NCBI GenBank assembly: GCA_000004985.1 | Contig: GG738896.1 | DNA: 64,000 nt | From: Naegleria gruberi | Lineage: Eukaryota | Direction: 5' to 3' (one strand) | Part shown: positions 20,186 through 31,463 of the stretch, one piece after another | Position numbering within the stretch: the first letter of the stretch is position 1 | Layout: each line of letters begins with the position of its first letter | Notes under the pieces: generated by a model | Database searches by the model: none | What the model was told of the DNA's origin: nothing | What the model saw: only the letters and a program-made list of their open reading frames with translations | Position numbers and translations under genes: made by a program

Positions 20186-21844
20186 TTACTCGGGATAATC
20201 TTTAACAAGATTTTTCCATGTAGGACCGAATCTTTTTTGGGCCAATTTCTTGTTCCATTCCTTCTCCAGTCTCTTTCCTTCTGATCTTGGTGTGTTTAAA
20301 AGCACAAGTTCGCAAACATCTTCATTACACATCTCGTCTATTGACATACCATTCAAAGACTTGAAAATGGCTGTTAACAGTCTCTGATCATCACAATAAG
20401 GTCCAAATTTCATAATAAGATTAACAAGAGCATTGGTTGACACTCCCCTCATTTTTTCTCCTTTAACAATTCCTGCATTGGATGAAGAAGGATCTGAAGG
20501 AGGGTGATTAGTTTCGACTGGAACAGTACTGGCACTAGGGCCATTGGATGCCTCAGGAACACTCTGTTGATGACTTGTACTATTAAGATCAATTGGTGGT
20601 ACAGAACTAATTGGAAACTCGATAATAGGTTGTTCTTGAATTTGATGTTGTAGAGATTGAATTGGTGGAGGAAGAATTTGATCATTGGTTGGATGTGGAA
20701 TCATATTGTGTAAATGTTGAGGGTGTTGAGGGTGTTGAGGCATTGATGGAGGCATTTGGATAGTGTGTTGGATCATTTGGGAATGTTGGATTGCAAAATC
20801 ATTGAAAGATGGTCCAACAGTGGAAGCTGAAGCTCCAAATTGTTGGAATGGATAACTGAGTGCTCTGAAGTGATCTGGTGGAGGTAGTGAATGAGGATGA
20901 GCACCTATTGGAATTGGTTGATTTTGCATGTGCAAAGCATGTTGTAGTGATGCACTTGGTGGAGTTAATTTTGTTTTGGATGGATGGCTGTGACGTTTCT
21001 TCTTTTTCATTCTTTCAACAAACTTTACAATCTTCTTTGAATCACTTATGAAAGGTTGTGTCTTGTTTGATTTTTTAACCTTTTTTGGTGGTGGTGTTTG
21101 AGAAGATACCTCGGTTCTCAATGTAAGAACTGAATCCATTTCCAAATCAGAAACTTCTTCATCATCATCAGAAGATGAATAATAAAGTGAAGGAGTTGGT
21201 GCACTTCCTGTTAATTTTCTCTTTCGTTGTGTTTTGACTGGTGTGAGTGTGATTTGGCTAACTTCATCAGAGTCGCTGTCACTGTTCTGCTCACTTGCTC
21301 TTCCATTATTTGGTGATGGATTAGTAAAGCAAGGAGGTGGTTGACTACCAAGAAAAACCACATCATCATCCGAGTCATCAAAAACATCAGAATTATTTCC
21401 TTCTTCTTGTTGAACGGGTGTCAAGGCTTCCTCCTCTTGTACTACTGTTGTTCTTTTTGGTGTTTGGAATGATGGTGATTTACCAAAGGTAATAATGGGA
21501 CTAATTTCTTCTTCCTGTTGACTGTCGGGTACTATTGAATTATTAATTGTTTGTTGCTGTGTTATTAATTGATTATTATTATTTGTTGGTTGGCTTTTAC
21601 CATTTGCTAATTGATTATTATTATTATTGTTGGAAGGTTTGTTATTATTTCCTACTGATGGCGATTTTGAATTATTTTGTTGTTGATGGTTAGTTGTTGA
21701 TAAAGATGAGGATGAGCCATTATTATTATTAGTAGAAGCACCACGAGGTTTTGGTGGAGAGTTGGAGACGAGATTCGGAACAGTAAACAAATCACCAAGA
21801 CTCGATAGGGAATGTGAGACTGACATTCTTGTGCTGTAAAGCAA
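20186..21844 (-). CDS. Asn/Gln/Pro/His-rich low-complexity protein with a short conserved-looking C-terminal globular segment
   Basis: 552-aa ORF with poly-N/poly-Q tracts and acidic/Ser tracts. The C-terminal ~90 aa (ALVNLIMKFGPYCDDQRLLTAIFKSLNGMSIDEMCNEDVCELVLL...) is not low-complexity. No domain recognised. Confidence 0.45.
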   Translation of the reverse strand: MLYSTRMSVSHSLSSLGDLFTVPNLVSNSPPKPRGASTNNNNGSSSSLSTTNHQQQNNSKSPSVGNNNKPSNNNNNNQLANGKSQPTNNNNQLITQQQTINNSIVPDSQQEEEISPIITFGKSPSFQTPKRTTVVQEEEALTPVQQEEGNNSDVFDDSDDDVVFLGSQPPPCFTNPSPNNGRASEQNSDSDSDEVSQITLTPVKTQRKRKLTGSAPTPSLYYSSSDDDEEVSDLEMDSVLTLRTEVSSQTPPPKKVKKSNKTQPFISDSKKIVKFVERMKKKKRHSHPSKTKLTPPSASLQHALHMQNQPIPIGAHPHSLPPPDHFRALSYPFQQFGASASTVGPSFNDFAIQHSQMIQHTIQMPPSMPQHPQHPQHLHNMIPHPTNDQILPPPIQSLQHQIQEQPIIEFPISSVPPIDLNSTSHQQSVPEASNGPSASTVPVETNHPPSDPSSSNAGIVKGEKMRGVSTNALVNLIMKFGPYCDDQRLLTAIFKSLNGMSIDEMCNEDVCELVLLNTPRSEGKRLEKEWNKKLAQKRFGPTWKNLVKDYPE

Positions 21845-22103
21845 ATGAATTTTTTTTGCTTGAGATTTGCTGAATTTTCAGAAAGCATATTGTTTAGCAG
21901 TTTGGTAATTATTTAATAACTCAAAGTTTTTTCCTACGACAAAGTTTTGTGACTGGAATCCAAGAATACTGTATTAGAAAGTTGACTGTGGATTCAATCC
22001 CATCTGATGTGTTCCAATATTGATTGACCTGATGGTGACTTAATTTTTGAGCTTTTAATTCATGTCTCTTGCAAAAATTTTAATATTTTTAAATTAAAAA
22101 AAA

Positions 22104-24778
22104 ATGAAGAGAAACATATTACCAAATGTACTTCACTTTCTTCAAAAACAATCAGAGGGCAAGATGTTGTTAACAAATAAGTCCAACAACAAAACTTTTA
22201 ATTCAAATACTTCTTCTCTCAATTTCAGTAATTGGACCTCAGAACAAGTAGCAAAATGTCTTTCCAAACCTAAGGAAGAAGGTGGTATTGGTTTGTCTGA
22301 GAACCAATATGCTCCACTCATTAAGGCAAATATTGACGGACTTGTTCTTGATATTATTTACTCATCAGCTGATGCTAACAAAAGACAAAACATTCTTCCA
22401 AAATTTGGTGTAGAAATTACACCAGAAATTAAACAAGCCTTACCCATTATCATGAATTGGTTGAAATCTTACTCTCAAGAATCCTACTTACAAAGGATCA
22501 ACAAGGCAGAAAATATCTTTGGAGTTCTGAATATTTCTTTCGAATGGCAAGGCAATGGTTTAGAGAAAATACGACCTCCTTTTGTTGGCAGATATGAAGC
22601 AATTTTAGAAACCATAGAAACAATTTTCAAGCTTGGAACATATGAAAAACCCAAAATGTCACTTATTTCAACCACCATGGGAATGGGTAAATCTTCTTTT
22701 CTTTTTGAATGCATTAGTCAATTTCTAACTAGTAAGTTTTATATTTATTTTTCAACTTCTAATCTTTCCAGACCATAAGTTAATTAATAGCTTCTTATTT
22801 CAAACACCAATTAATGCAAATATTAATACTAGTAATCTGAAAAGGCAATTAGAGGTGTTTAATTCACCTGAATGCTACTTACGTGCTGATTTTGTTAACA
22901 AATTGAACAGGGCTTTTAAAATTAGACACATAATTCCTTTTAAGTGCAATACAAAACGAGTGGATGTGAATGGTTGTAAGTATCGAATTTTTTACTATTA
23001 GAAATATTATTTCAAAAGTGTTTCGTGAAATAGTGTTGGGGCAATTAGAATGCCTTTTTTTAAATGTTGCTATTAGAATTAACAAAAAAAAAGATTTAGT
23101 AATTTTCAACACGATGGATGAATTATTGGGTAATAATACACACAAATCTACTGCAAACTTAATACAGAAATTCTCGGAATTGGTGCAACTTAATGCACCT
23201 TTTGTAGCAGATATATTTGATATTCCCTATAAATATCAAACTCATCCATTACCTTTGATAATATTGGTAGATTCATTCCATAATATCAATATGGACACAA
23301 GTTCAAGAGGTTCTTTATACAAACTTGGCCAACAATTTTTTACAACTAATTTAGAAGTTTTAAACTTGGATAAGAATATATCTTTGTCTCTCATAATTAC
23401 AGCAAACTCATTACCAAATCAGTTCGTCTCTAAAGATAATACAATATTTTCTCTTAAAGTTATTAATTTGGAGTTATTATTTGGGGTAAATATATTTCAA
23501 CAAATTACAAACGATTTATTTTTGGCAAGCCTTAATAGAAAAATATTTGAGGAATTTGGAAGTTATTATTTTGCTGAAAACAATAATTACCTTTCTCCAT
23601 ATCTCTCAAAAATCATTATATCAATTTTAATCATGTGTAGTGGTAATGGAAGGGCAATAGAAATAATGTATAGAAAATGTGGTCAAGATATTAAAAATTT
23701 AGTTACAAAGGAATTGGCAATGGATATAACAACAAGGTTTGCTATTACCTATAATGCAGAGTACTTATTGATTTTACAAAAATGCAAAGAAGTGATTGTA
23801 GAATTTGTGACACATTTTGCAGAAAAAACCTTAGAACATTGTAATGATCGCTCCAAAAAGTATTTCAAGGTATTCAGAATAATGGGTATTACAACATCAC
23901 CAAATCATTTATTATTTCCCTATCACTTTAATTCAAACCAGAACTTGACTGTTGAAGAATTACAAAGACTTGGATTGCTAGTTAAAATTGGTGTTGATGA
24001 AAAGAAAAGCAATGCAAGTTATGTGGGATCTTTTATGATGCTTGATACTTTAGATTCAAACAAAGAGATAATTGAACTGAAGAATTTAACAGAAGTATCA
24101 AATAGTGATTATTATTATTTACCAATATATTACAATGATCTTTTAACACCTTTTGCAGATCTTGGGAAATTTAAAAACCAAGGTGACCGATTTGAAAAAA
24201 CAGTAGCTTCTTCAATATGGGCTAGGTATTACTTGGGCTGTATGGAATCTAACATACCAATTGGGTCAAGCATTCCAATTACAAAGATTCTCCCTTCTAA
24301 CATGATACCTGATAATTGCTTACAAGGTTCGGTTTCTCTTAAAGGAGTGATAAAATTACACAAACCATTTACTGTGGAGTCAGATATTAACGGTCTTCCT
24401 TTTGATCGAGTGATCTTAAATTCTGACCAAACCGTATTCTCTGACATTATTTTACCTTTAACCGTTAATGGAGAACAAAGATTCATTGGTATTCAAGTTT
24501 GTTATGTAAAATCAAAAAGAACACAACCTAAGCCCTTAAAAATTGTAAGCAACATGAAACAAGTGTTGAATTATTCTTCTTTTTCGTACCTATTTATTTC
24601 CACTTACTTACCTCCAAGTATTCTTTTATTAGGTCAAGAAAAGGTAAAAAGGGTTAAGGATGGTCAATTTCTTTTTCAAAATAGACAAAAGTTTCAAACT
24701 GCCCTACCAGACAAACTTGTATCCTATTGGTGGAGCCAATTGATGTTCAAGTATTATCCTGAATTTTATGAAAATTAG
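22104..24778 (+). CDS. SAM-like domain + P-loop NTPase (STAND/NACHT-like) protein; three exons
   Basis: Exons lie at approximately 22104..22731, 22772..22975 and 23019..24778. The two GTAAGT...AG mini-introns are 40 nt (22732..22771) and 43 nt (22976..23018). Exon lengths sum to 2592 nt = 864 codons, so the frame closes. The N-terminal SAM-like region is NWTSEQVAKCLSKPKEEGGIGLSENQYAPLIKANIDGLVL. Walker A is STTMGMGKSS, the Walker-B-like motif is LIILVDSFHN and the sensor-like motif is SLIITANS. Confidence 0.5.
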
Positions 24779-24888
24779 TCTCGTCTTTGGATAGAAGATT
24801 CCATAGTGGACAAATTAGTTGAAGTAACATTAGTTTGTACTGTATGACTTTTTCACAAGGAAGCAAAGAATGTAAAGATTGAATAAAT

Positions 24889-26067
24889 TTATTCCTCAAT
24901 GGCACGAACAATAAATTCCTCCACAAATTCGAAAAATGATAAACTACCATCTAGTTCAAAAGGATTTTCATGATCAAAATCTCCTGTAAATGGATCCTTA
25001 TCAGAGCTACCTGAATCTCTAATAAAGGATTGGCCATTACCAGCTCCATCATTGTTAAATTGGAGTACCTCTTTCTCCATATCCTCACCTGAATCCATGG
25101 GTGTCAAGAATTCTGATCTGAAAATGCCAGACTCCCAAGAATCTAATCTTATTCCAAAAGTTGTTAACCCATTGTTAACAGTATAGAATTTTGCTAACGA
25201 GGTTGGAATTTTTCCCCAACCATCAACTTCGAATTCTTCTGAATTCTTGAGTGGCGGTTCCGCAGAGAAGAATTCGAGCTTTTTTTCATTGAGAATATAG
25301 AGAAGATACCAAGTTTCGTCCTCACTCTTTTCTCTAGTTACATACAGTGATTTGACTTTTTCAACTAAAAGCTCAATAAGATCCGGTACCTCAGAGGCAA
25401 TTGGTTTCCAAATTTCCTCAATTATTTGTGGAACTGTCTTGCCTTTCAAATGGGACCAAGGTGAGTTGACTTGATCAATTGGAGCCAAAACTGAAACCTT
25501 TTGAAAAAAAGAAGGTTCCAAGAGGTATGGTTTCTTTTCAAATTCAGCCAATGAACAATCCCTCATCCTAGATGTGCTGCTAATTTCCTTTGCCTGATCC
25601 TGCCATACAGAACGAACACTCTTATCTCCAACAAATGTTTGCAAAGCTTGTTTGCCATACTTGGTGATATAGAGATTCTTCCACACACTTTCTTCACTTG
25701 CAATCTTGTTGAATGATTTACAAGTTGTTCCAAACTTTGAAACATCGGAAGGTGTGAGATATTGTGAAATATGTGAAAAGATAAATTCAGTTTCCAAGAT
25801 TGATTTGGCTTCACTAGTGAGAGGAGGCCATTTCTTTTCCTCTACAATTGGTTTCCTCTTCTTTCTTGGATTTTCGTATTCTTCTTGTTTTGCCAACTCC
25901 TCCAATCTTTTCTTTGTATTCTCCTCTTCAATCTTTTTCACCTTCTCCTCATGAGCTTTCTTCCACTGATCAAAATCATCAGTGGTGACTTGATCGGATG
26001 GCAACTTTTTAAAACATTGTGAACAATATCCTAAAGTTACACAACAACAACAACAATACGTGATCAA
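24889..26067 (-). CDS. F-box domain protein
   Basis: F-box segment LETEFIFSHISQYLTPSDVSKFGTTCKSFNKIASEESVWKNLY. There is an N-terminal Lys/Glu-rich coiled region. The C-terminal domain is unassigned (possibly SMI1/KNR4-like, as in FBXO3). Confidence 0.5.
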   Translation of the reverse strand: MITYCCCCCVTLGYCSQCFKKLPSDQVTTDDFDQWKKAHEEKVKKIEEENTKKRLEELAKQEEYENPRKKRKPIVEEKKWPPLTSEAKSILETEFIFSHISQYLTPSDVSKFGTTCKSFNKIASEESVWKNLYITKYGKQALQTFVGDKSVRSVWQDQAKEISSTSRMRDCSLAEFEKKPYLLEPSFFQKVSVLAPIDQVNSPWSHLKGKTVPQIIEEIWKPIASEVPDLIELLVEKVKSLYVTREKSEDETWYLLYILNEKKLEFFSAEPPLKNSEEFEVDGWGKIPTSLAKFYTVNNGLTTFGIRLDSWESGIFRSEFLTPMDSGEDMEKEVLQFNNDGAGNGQSFIRDSGSSDKDPFTGDFDHENPFELDGSLSFFEFVEEFIVRAIEE

Positions 26068-26455
26068 TGATTATTGTGAATGACAACAAACCCTTGTTAG
26101 CTTCAGAACCAAAAAAACCACAACCTCCTCTGCAATTACTCATTTTTTTTAATTTTTGATTATATTTAAAACTCTTTGATGGCGGGAAACTGATATTGTA
26201 ATCATGGTATGTAAATCCTGTTAATGGAGGAATATTTAAAATATTACAATAACAAAAGCTGATAATGATTCATAATGAAACTGACTTATTTAGAGTTTGA
26301 TGATACATTGTAAAGTGCATCAAATCTTTTAGTATGAAAAGAATTTAGTGAGCCAGTTCTTTCACTACACTTGCAAAAATTTTATATTCTTGGAAAGTAA
26401 GATGACAGTCCTGATATGAAATTCAACAAGCTCAAAAAAAACTCGACTATTTAAT

Positions 26456-27729
26456 TTAGAAAGTATCAATATCAACAGCCTTCAAAGTTTGACATTCTTC
26501 TCTCAAATCACTGAACAAGACAGTACTCAAGTAACGTTCACCAAAGCTAGGAATGATGGCAACAATCAATTTACCTTCATTTTCTGGTCGTTTAGCAACT
26601 TCCAATGCAGCATAAATAGCAGCACCAGAACTGATACCAACAAACAAACCTTCCTTCAATGCAGCTTCCTTAGCAAATTTAACAGCATTGTCAGAGTGAA
26701 CCTTAAAGATTTCATCAATGAGGGATGTATCCAAAGTGTTTGGAATGAATCCAGCACCAATACCTTGAATCTTGTGTGGGCTTGGGGTATTTCCACTAAT
26801 GACAGCACTTTCTTCTGGTTCAAGAACAATACCTCTAACCTTTGCACGACCTTCCTTTTCAGTTTGTTCATTGAAATACTTCATACATCCTGAAAAGGTA
26901 CCACCTGTACCGGCTCCACTGACGAAAATATCAATTTTGCCATCAGTATCTCTGTAAATTTCTGGACCAGTTGTATTGTAGTGAATCAATGGATTAGCTG
27001 GATTATCAAATTGACCCAAAATGAATGAATTTTCAGTTCTTTGGGCAAGCTTTTCAGCAACAGCAACAGCTCCCTTCATACCCTTGGCAGCAGGAGTCAA
27101 AATCAACTTGGCACCAAGTGATCTCAAGACAACTCTTCTTTCAATACTCATAGAATCAGGCATGATAATAGTACACTATTTTTACACAGCATTTCACATG
27201 TGGTTAACAATTTGTTCAAACACAAACAGCTAATGTTAGTGTGATTAATTCTAAACACTACACATACCTCATATCCCTTGCTAGCAGCAATAAAAGCAAT
27301 ACCAATACCAGTATTACCAGATGTTGGTTCAATCAAGACAGTTTTTCCAGGTTGAATTTTTCCTTCCTTTTCGGCGACTTCAATCATTGACAAGGCAATT
27401 CTGTCTGTTAATAATAATATAAAGGATTCCAATTTGTACAACAGCAGTACAAGGATGAACATTGAATCAATCCATAGATCAATTTTTAATTCATCATCAT
27501 CATCAAATTGAAATAGGAAATTAATTCCATCATCATGATCATCAATTGAAAACTATTAAAAACAATATGATCATCATCAGAATAACATACCCTTGACACT
27601 GCTCATTGGTTCCAAAGATTCCAACTTTAATGCAATCTTGGCTACAGCACCATGTTCCGCAGTGAGTTTATTCAAATATAAGAGTGGTGTGTTACCAATC
27701 AATTCAGTGATGGAATTAGCAATCTTCAT
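26456..27729 (-). CDS. cysteine synthase (O-acetylserine sulfhydrylase, PLP-dependent); three exons
   Basis: Exon 1 (~27729..27591) encodes [22 protein letters not shown]...[12 protein letters not shown]. Exon 2 (~27404..27267) encodes [46 protein letters not shown]. Exon 3 (~27174..26456) encodes [28 protein letters not shown]...GTGGT...[10 protein letters not shown]. The introns start GTATGT and are about 186 and 92 nt, AT-rich. The PLP-lysine motif SVKDR is split across intron 1. Confidence 0.8.
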
Positions 27730-27947
27730 CGTGTTTTTGAAATATGATACAAAAGGTGTGAGTTGTTTTTTTTTGATTTTTCTTGATCATTTCACGGATT
27801 CCAGGTATTTTTAGTGTGAAAGTTTCCAGGTCATGTTCATCAATCAATGAAATCAAGGTTGGAAGTTTCTAATATCACCGTGCTCAATGGGTGGAATAAT
27901 TAAATGGGGAATTTTATTAAGAGTGTGTGGAATGGTTTTAACACAGG

Positions 27948-29352
27948 TTAAGGAAAATCATATTCAAAGACAACATCTGACAAACTGGAAGATTGAAGGG
28001 ATTTGAAAAGGAGAGATTTCAATCTTTTTTCTGCTTCCAATTTAGTGTAATGATTCGAAAAGATGATGGCTGTTGAATATTGACCTGCTGCCACGAGTGA
28101 TAGATTGGCGGTGTGTTCAATAACTAGCTCTCTATTGACACCAGGGGATCTTGGAATCATATCGTCATCATTAAAACCACATTGTGCACAATCATTGACA
28201 CCGAGAGGATAAAACTTTTTGTCATCAATTACCAAAATGCAATGATAGTATCCAGCACTGATTCTTGAAACATTTTCCAATTTGATTTTCTTTGCATTTG
28301 GGTAATTTGATAATTTTTCCACATCTGTTTCAGGAAGCAAGAATCTAGTACCAAATACGTAAACTGTTCCATCTTTTGTCAAAATTAGAGAAAAGTCATA
28401 ACCAAGTGCAATGTCCTTAATATCTGGTACGAAAGGTAGCTTATTTTCTGTTATTGTGAAAATATTATTGGTGTGGGTGAGACCTAGTTGGTTATCTTCA
28501 TTCCATCCCTAAGTCAAGAAAATGGTCAATCTCATCAAATTATGATCTACTTACACAGACGAACAATTTAGTCTCCATTTCCATTGTTTTAACTAGGTAA
28601 TAGACGTGAGAATATCCTGTAAAAATCTTTTCAATTGTCAGATTTCTTTCACTAAAAAATGTTTCCTTCCTTGGCACTTGCTTATCACTTTTGGTCGAAA
28701 GCTCTCCTCTATAACTCCATCCAAAGACAATCAAGTTGTTAAAATTGGTCTTGCAAATAGTACCTTGTCCTAAACAGTGTACAGAAACAATTTTTTCATA
28801 TTGATCCAAATGATGTTCCACCTCGATTCTGTAACATTTTACATTATAGAACTGACTAAACATTCTAGATACCATATCTTCCATATTTACAGCTTCATGT
28901 GAAACACCTAGTCTGCAGTTTCCATTTGTACCGAATCCATAGAGCATATTCTCATTCTTTGTTAAAAACACACAATGTGAAAAACCAATAGCTACATCGA
29001 TAACATTTTTCTTCAAAATGTAAATATCATTACTGATATTCTCAAAATGAGTATGTGGAATAGGCTTCTTAGAGTCTGATCCTTTAGGTTCAGCACAAAT
29101 TTTACAAGCATTATAGGTAGATGGATTGTTGTTTCTATAATCGTTCAGAGTAATGATTAAATTATTTTCATATGTTATAAAGGCCAATCTATTTCCGCCC
29201 ATCTTCACAACTTTAATTCCTTCTTGTTCTAAATAATCATAATTTACAGTATTCTTAAAATTTAATTTGGTTGGTAGACATTTACTAGTCCTAACGTTCA
29301 ATCCCAATTGTTCATTTTCATTTCTTCCGAAAATAACAAATTCAATATTCAT
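27948..29352 (-). CDS. RCC1-repeat (beta-propeller) protein; two exons
   Basis: Repeats FGRNENEQLGL, GFGTNGNCRLGV, VFGWSYRGELS, G|WNEDNQLGL and VFGTRFLL. A 46-nt GTAAGT...AG intron at ~28494..28539 joins ...KLFVC to GWNEDNQLG in frame. Confidence 0.6.
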
Positions 29353-29597
29353 TTCCCTATGATTATTATATTATTTTTGATATTGATCAATAATTATTTT
29401 AAATAAATTGATGATGACGTGATGATAGGTTTCTCTCAAATGACGCTATTTTTTTTGTTGTTGTTATAAATAGATTGATGAATAACAATTTGGGATTTTC
29501 GTGGAATTCAAGATTGGGAAATTGAATGATTAGCTAATAATTCGAATAGAGCTTTTCGAATAAATTTACTTTATTTACAGTATCTGTAGATAGATAA

Positions 29598-31124
29598 TTA
29601 ATGATAGGTGGATTGTTGAGTGTTGACAATGTTTCTAACACATTGTTCGATACTATCGACGAATATATTCAAATCTCTTTCATGAATATTGAAGGGTGGA
29701 GTGATGAGAACAACTCTATCATTTTGTCTGGAATAATCTACGAGAATGTGATAACAGGTTGCCAATTCTTCATGGATTCTCTTGGCACTTACATGTTCAT
29801 CGAAAATCAATCCAAGCATGAAACCCATTCCACTAACTTCCTTGAAATGTGGAATGCCCTGAAGTCTTTGAACGAGTGTGGATTTGAGTTGAGTTCCCAT
29901 CACTGCAGCTCTCTGTACAAGATTTTCATCGAACATAATCTCTAAATTCTTCATTACAATTTCACAACATACTGGATGTCCAGAGAAGGTAAATTCATGA
30001 AGGAATGGATGTTCAATATTTGCCTTGAAGAGAACTTGACATAGGTGTCTTGCTAGCATCATTCCTCCCAATGGAAGATAGCCACTAGTGACTCCCTTTC
30101 CAAAAACAACAATATCTGGCTCAATTCCATAATGAGAGAGACCAAACCATTTACCAGTTTTACCAAATCCTGTCATGACTTCATCTGCAATGAGTAGAAC
30201 ACCATACTTGTCACAAATTCTTCTGGCTAATGGGAAGAAATCCTTATGTGGTTCAAGAGCTCCATTCACTCCTTGAATTGGTTCTGCAATGAATGCTGCA
30301 ATATTTTCTGGACCTTCAAGTTTGATGAGATTTTCCAATTGTTCAGCAATGAAGAAACCATTATTTGCATGTTGAGTGTGTTTCTGGAAGGAATTAACAA
30401 TAAAATCATGAGGGAAATCAATACTCAAAAAGATGCTATCCTTTGAGAAACGATCGGTTGGGCCTTTGAGATTCTGATAACCATACTCATCCTTTCCAAC
30501 TTGCTCATTGAGTGAAGAGCTGACGAAAGTGGAGCCATGATAGCAATTTCTGAATGAGATAATCTTCTTCTTTGTTTGACTATTATTTAACAAGGACCAG
30601 TATCTCTCAGCAAGGTGGATTGAAGCTTCCACTGCCTCACTTCCACCAGATGTGAAATAAACCCTCTCCATGGACGGATACTCATGTTTGGTAATGGATA
30701 CTAACTTTTCAGCACACTTGATAGCACTTGAATGAGAATAATTGTAAATATTGGGAGCAAATTCCATTGTTTTCATTTGGTTGTAAGCAACTTGAGCCAT
30801 TTCTTCTCTACCATGACCAATATGACACGTGTGTAATCCACCAATCATGTCTAAATATTGAACATTGTTAACATCCCAATAGTAAGAGTCCTTTGCTTTT
30901 TGGAAGACGATTGAGTGGACACTACTTCCCAATTCATGATTAGAATGAATGAGAGAACGATTGTCACGGAAAACCCACTCCTCTCTGGATGGAGATTCTT
31001 CAGAACTGGATGGAAAGTTTGCAGTTGATTCCAAGAATGAAGAAGGAGCTGTTAAATCAGTGGAGAGTGGAGGTTTAAGTTGGTCCTGTATTGGATTTTG
31101 TTGATATAATTTGCTTTCGACCAT
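29598..31124 (-). CDS. class III PLP-dependent aminotransferase (BioA / omega-transaminase-like)
   Basis: 508-aa ORF with DEVMTGFGKTGKWFG, FGKGVTSGYLPLGG (PLP lysine), YHGSTF, TSGGSEAVE and FIAEPIQGVNG. Confidence 0.7.
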   Translation of the reverse strand: MVESKLYQQNPIQDQLKPPLSTDLTAPSSFLESTANFPSSSEESPSREEWVFRDNRSLIHSNHELGSSVHSIVFQKAKDSYYWDVNNVQYLDMIGGLHTCHIGHGREEMAQVAYNQMKTMEFAPNIYNYSHSSAIKCAEKLVSITKHEYPSMERVYFTSGGSEAVEASIHLAERYWSLLNNSQTKKKIISFRNCYHGSTFVSSSLNEQVGKDEYGYQNLKGPTDRFSKDSIFLSIDFPHDFIVNSFQKHTQHANNGFFIAEQLENLIKLEGPENIAAFIAEPIQGVNGALEPHKDFFPLARRICDKYGVLLIADEVMTGFGKTGKWFGLSHYGIEPDIVVFGKGVTSGYLPLGGMMLARHLCQVLFKANIEHPFLHEFTFSGHPVCCEIVMKNLEIMFDENLVQRAAVMGTQLKSTLVQRLQGIPHFKEVSGMGFMLGLIFDEHVSAKRIHEELATCYHILVDYSRQNDRVVLITPPFNIHERDLNIFVDSIEQCVRNIVNTQQSTYH

Positions 31125-31352
31125 TTTGTTTTGTCTTTGTTCAATGATGGTGTTCGAAACTGAAATGTTATCGAAACGAAAGTGTTTGGTTATTTAGTAT
31201 ATTTCCAAAATGGGAAAATTTCTTTCTTGAAATTTCTTTAGTAGTATTATGCTCCAGATAATTCAAGTCACAGTAAAAGGTTTCTAATAAAAACCATAAC
31301 ACATCTTAGTCTTAATCAAATTATTTGGGGTATATTTTCTTAATGAACATAA

Positions 31353-31426
31353 GCAGCGATAGATCAGTTGGTTAGATCGTAAGCCTAACACGCTTAAGGT
31401 CGCGGGTTCAAGCCCCGCTCACTGTA
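31353..31426 (+). tRNA. tRNA-Val (anticodon AAC)
   Basis: Cloverleaf: acceptor GCAGCGA/TCACTGT (G1:U72 wobble plus one A:C mismatch), D-arm GATC-AGTTGGTTA-GATC, anticodon arm TAAGC-CTAACAC-GCTTA, variable AGGTC, T-arm GCGGG-TTCAAGC-CCCGC. It is followed by the T-runs CTTTTGCTTTTG. Confidence 0.7.
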
Positions 31427-31429
31427 TCC

Positions 31430-31439
31430 TTTTGCTTTT
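31430..31439 (+). terminator. Pol III terminator T-runs downstream of tRNA-Val
   Basis: TTTTGCTTTT begins 4 nt after the tRNA 3' end. Confidence 0.4.
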
Positions 31440-31463
31440 GAAAAATTCTTTATTTTTTTCCAT

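Noticed and set aside
27948-28382. A BTB domain completing an RCBTB-like architecture after the RCC1 repeats (C terminus ...LSDVVFEYDFP resembles a BTB start)
   Set aside because: The ORF stops immediately and no GT donor or downstream exon could be found before the neighbouring cysteine synthase gene start about 220 bp away. It is a possible truncated remnant, not a supported domain.
31353-31426. Whether tRNA-Val is a pseudogene (G1:U72 pair plus an A:C mismatch in the acceptor stem)
   Set aside because: All other arms, the invariant GG in the D-loop, the TTCAAGC T-loop and a downstream T-run terminator are intact. I kept it as a probable functional gene at reduced confidence. I may have mis-set the 5' boundary by a base.
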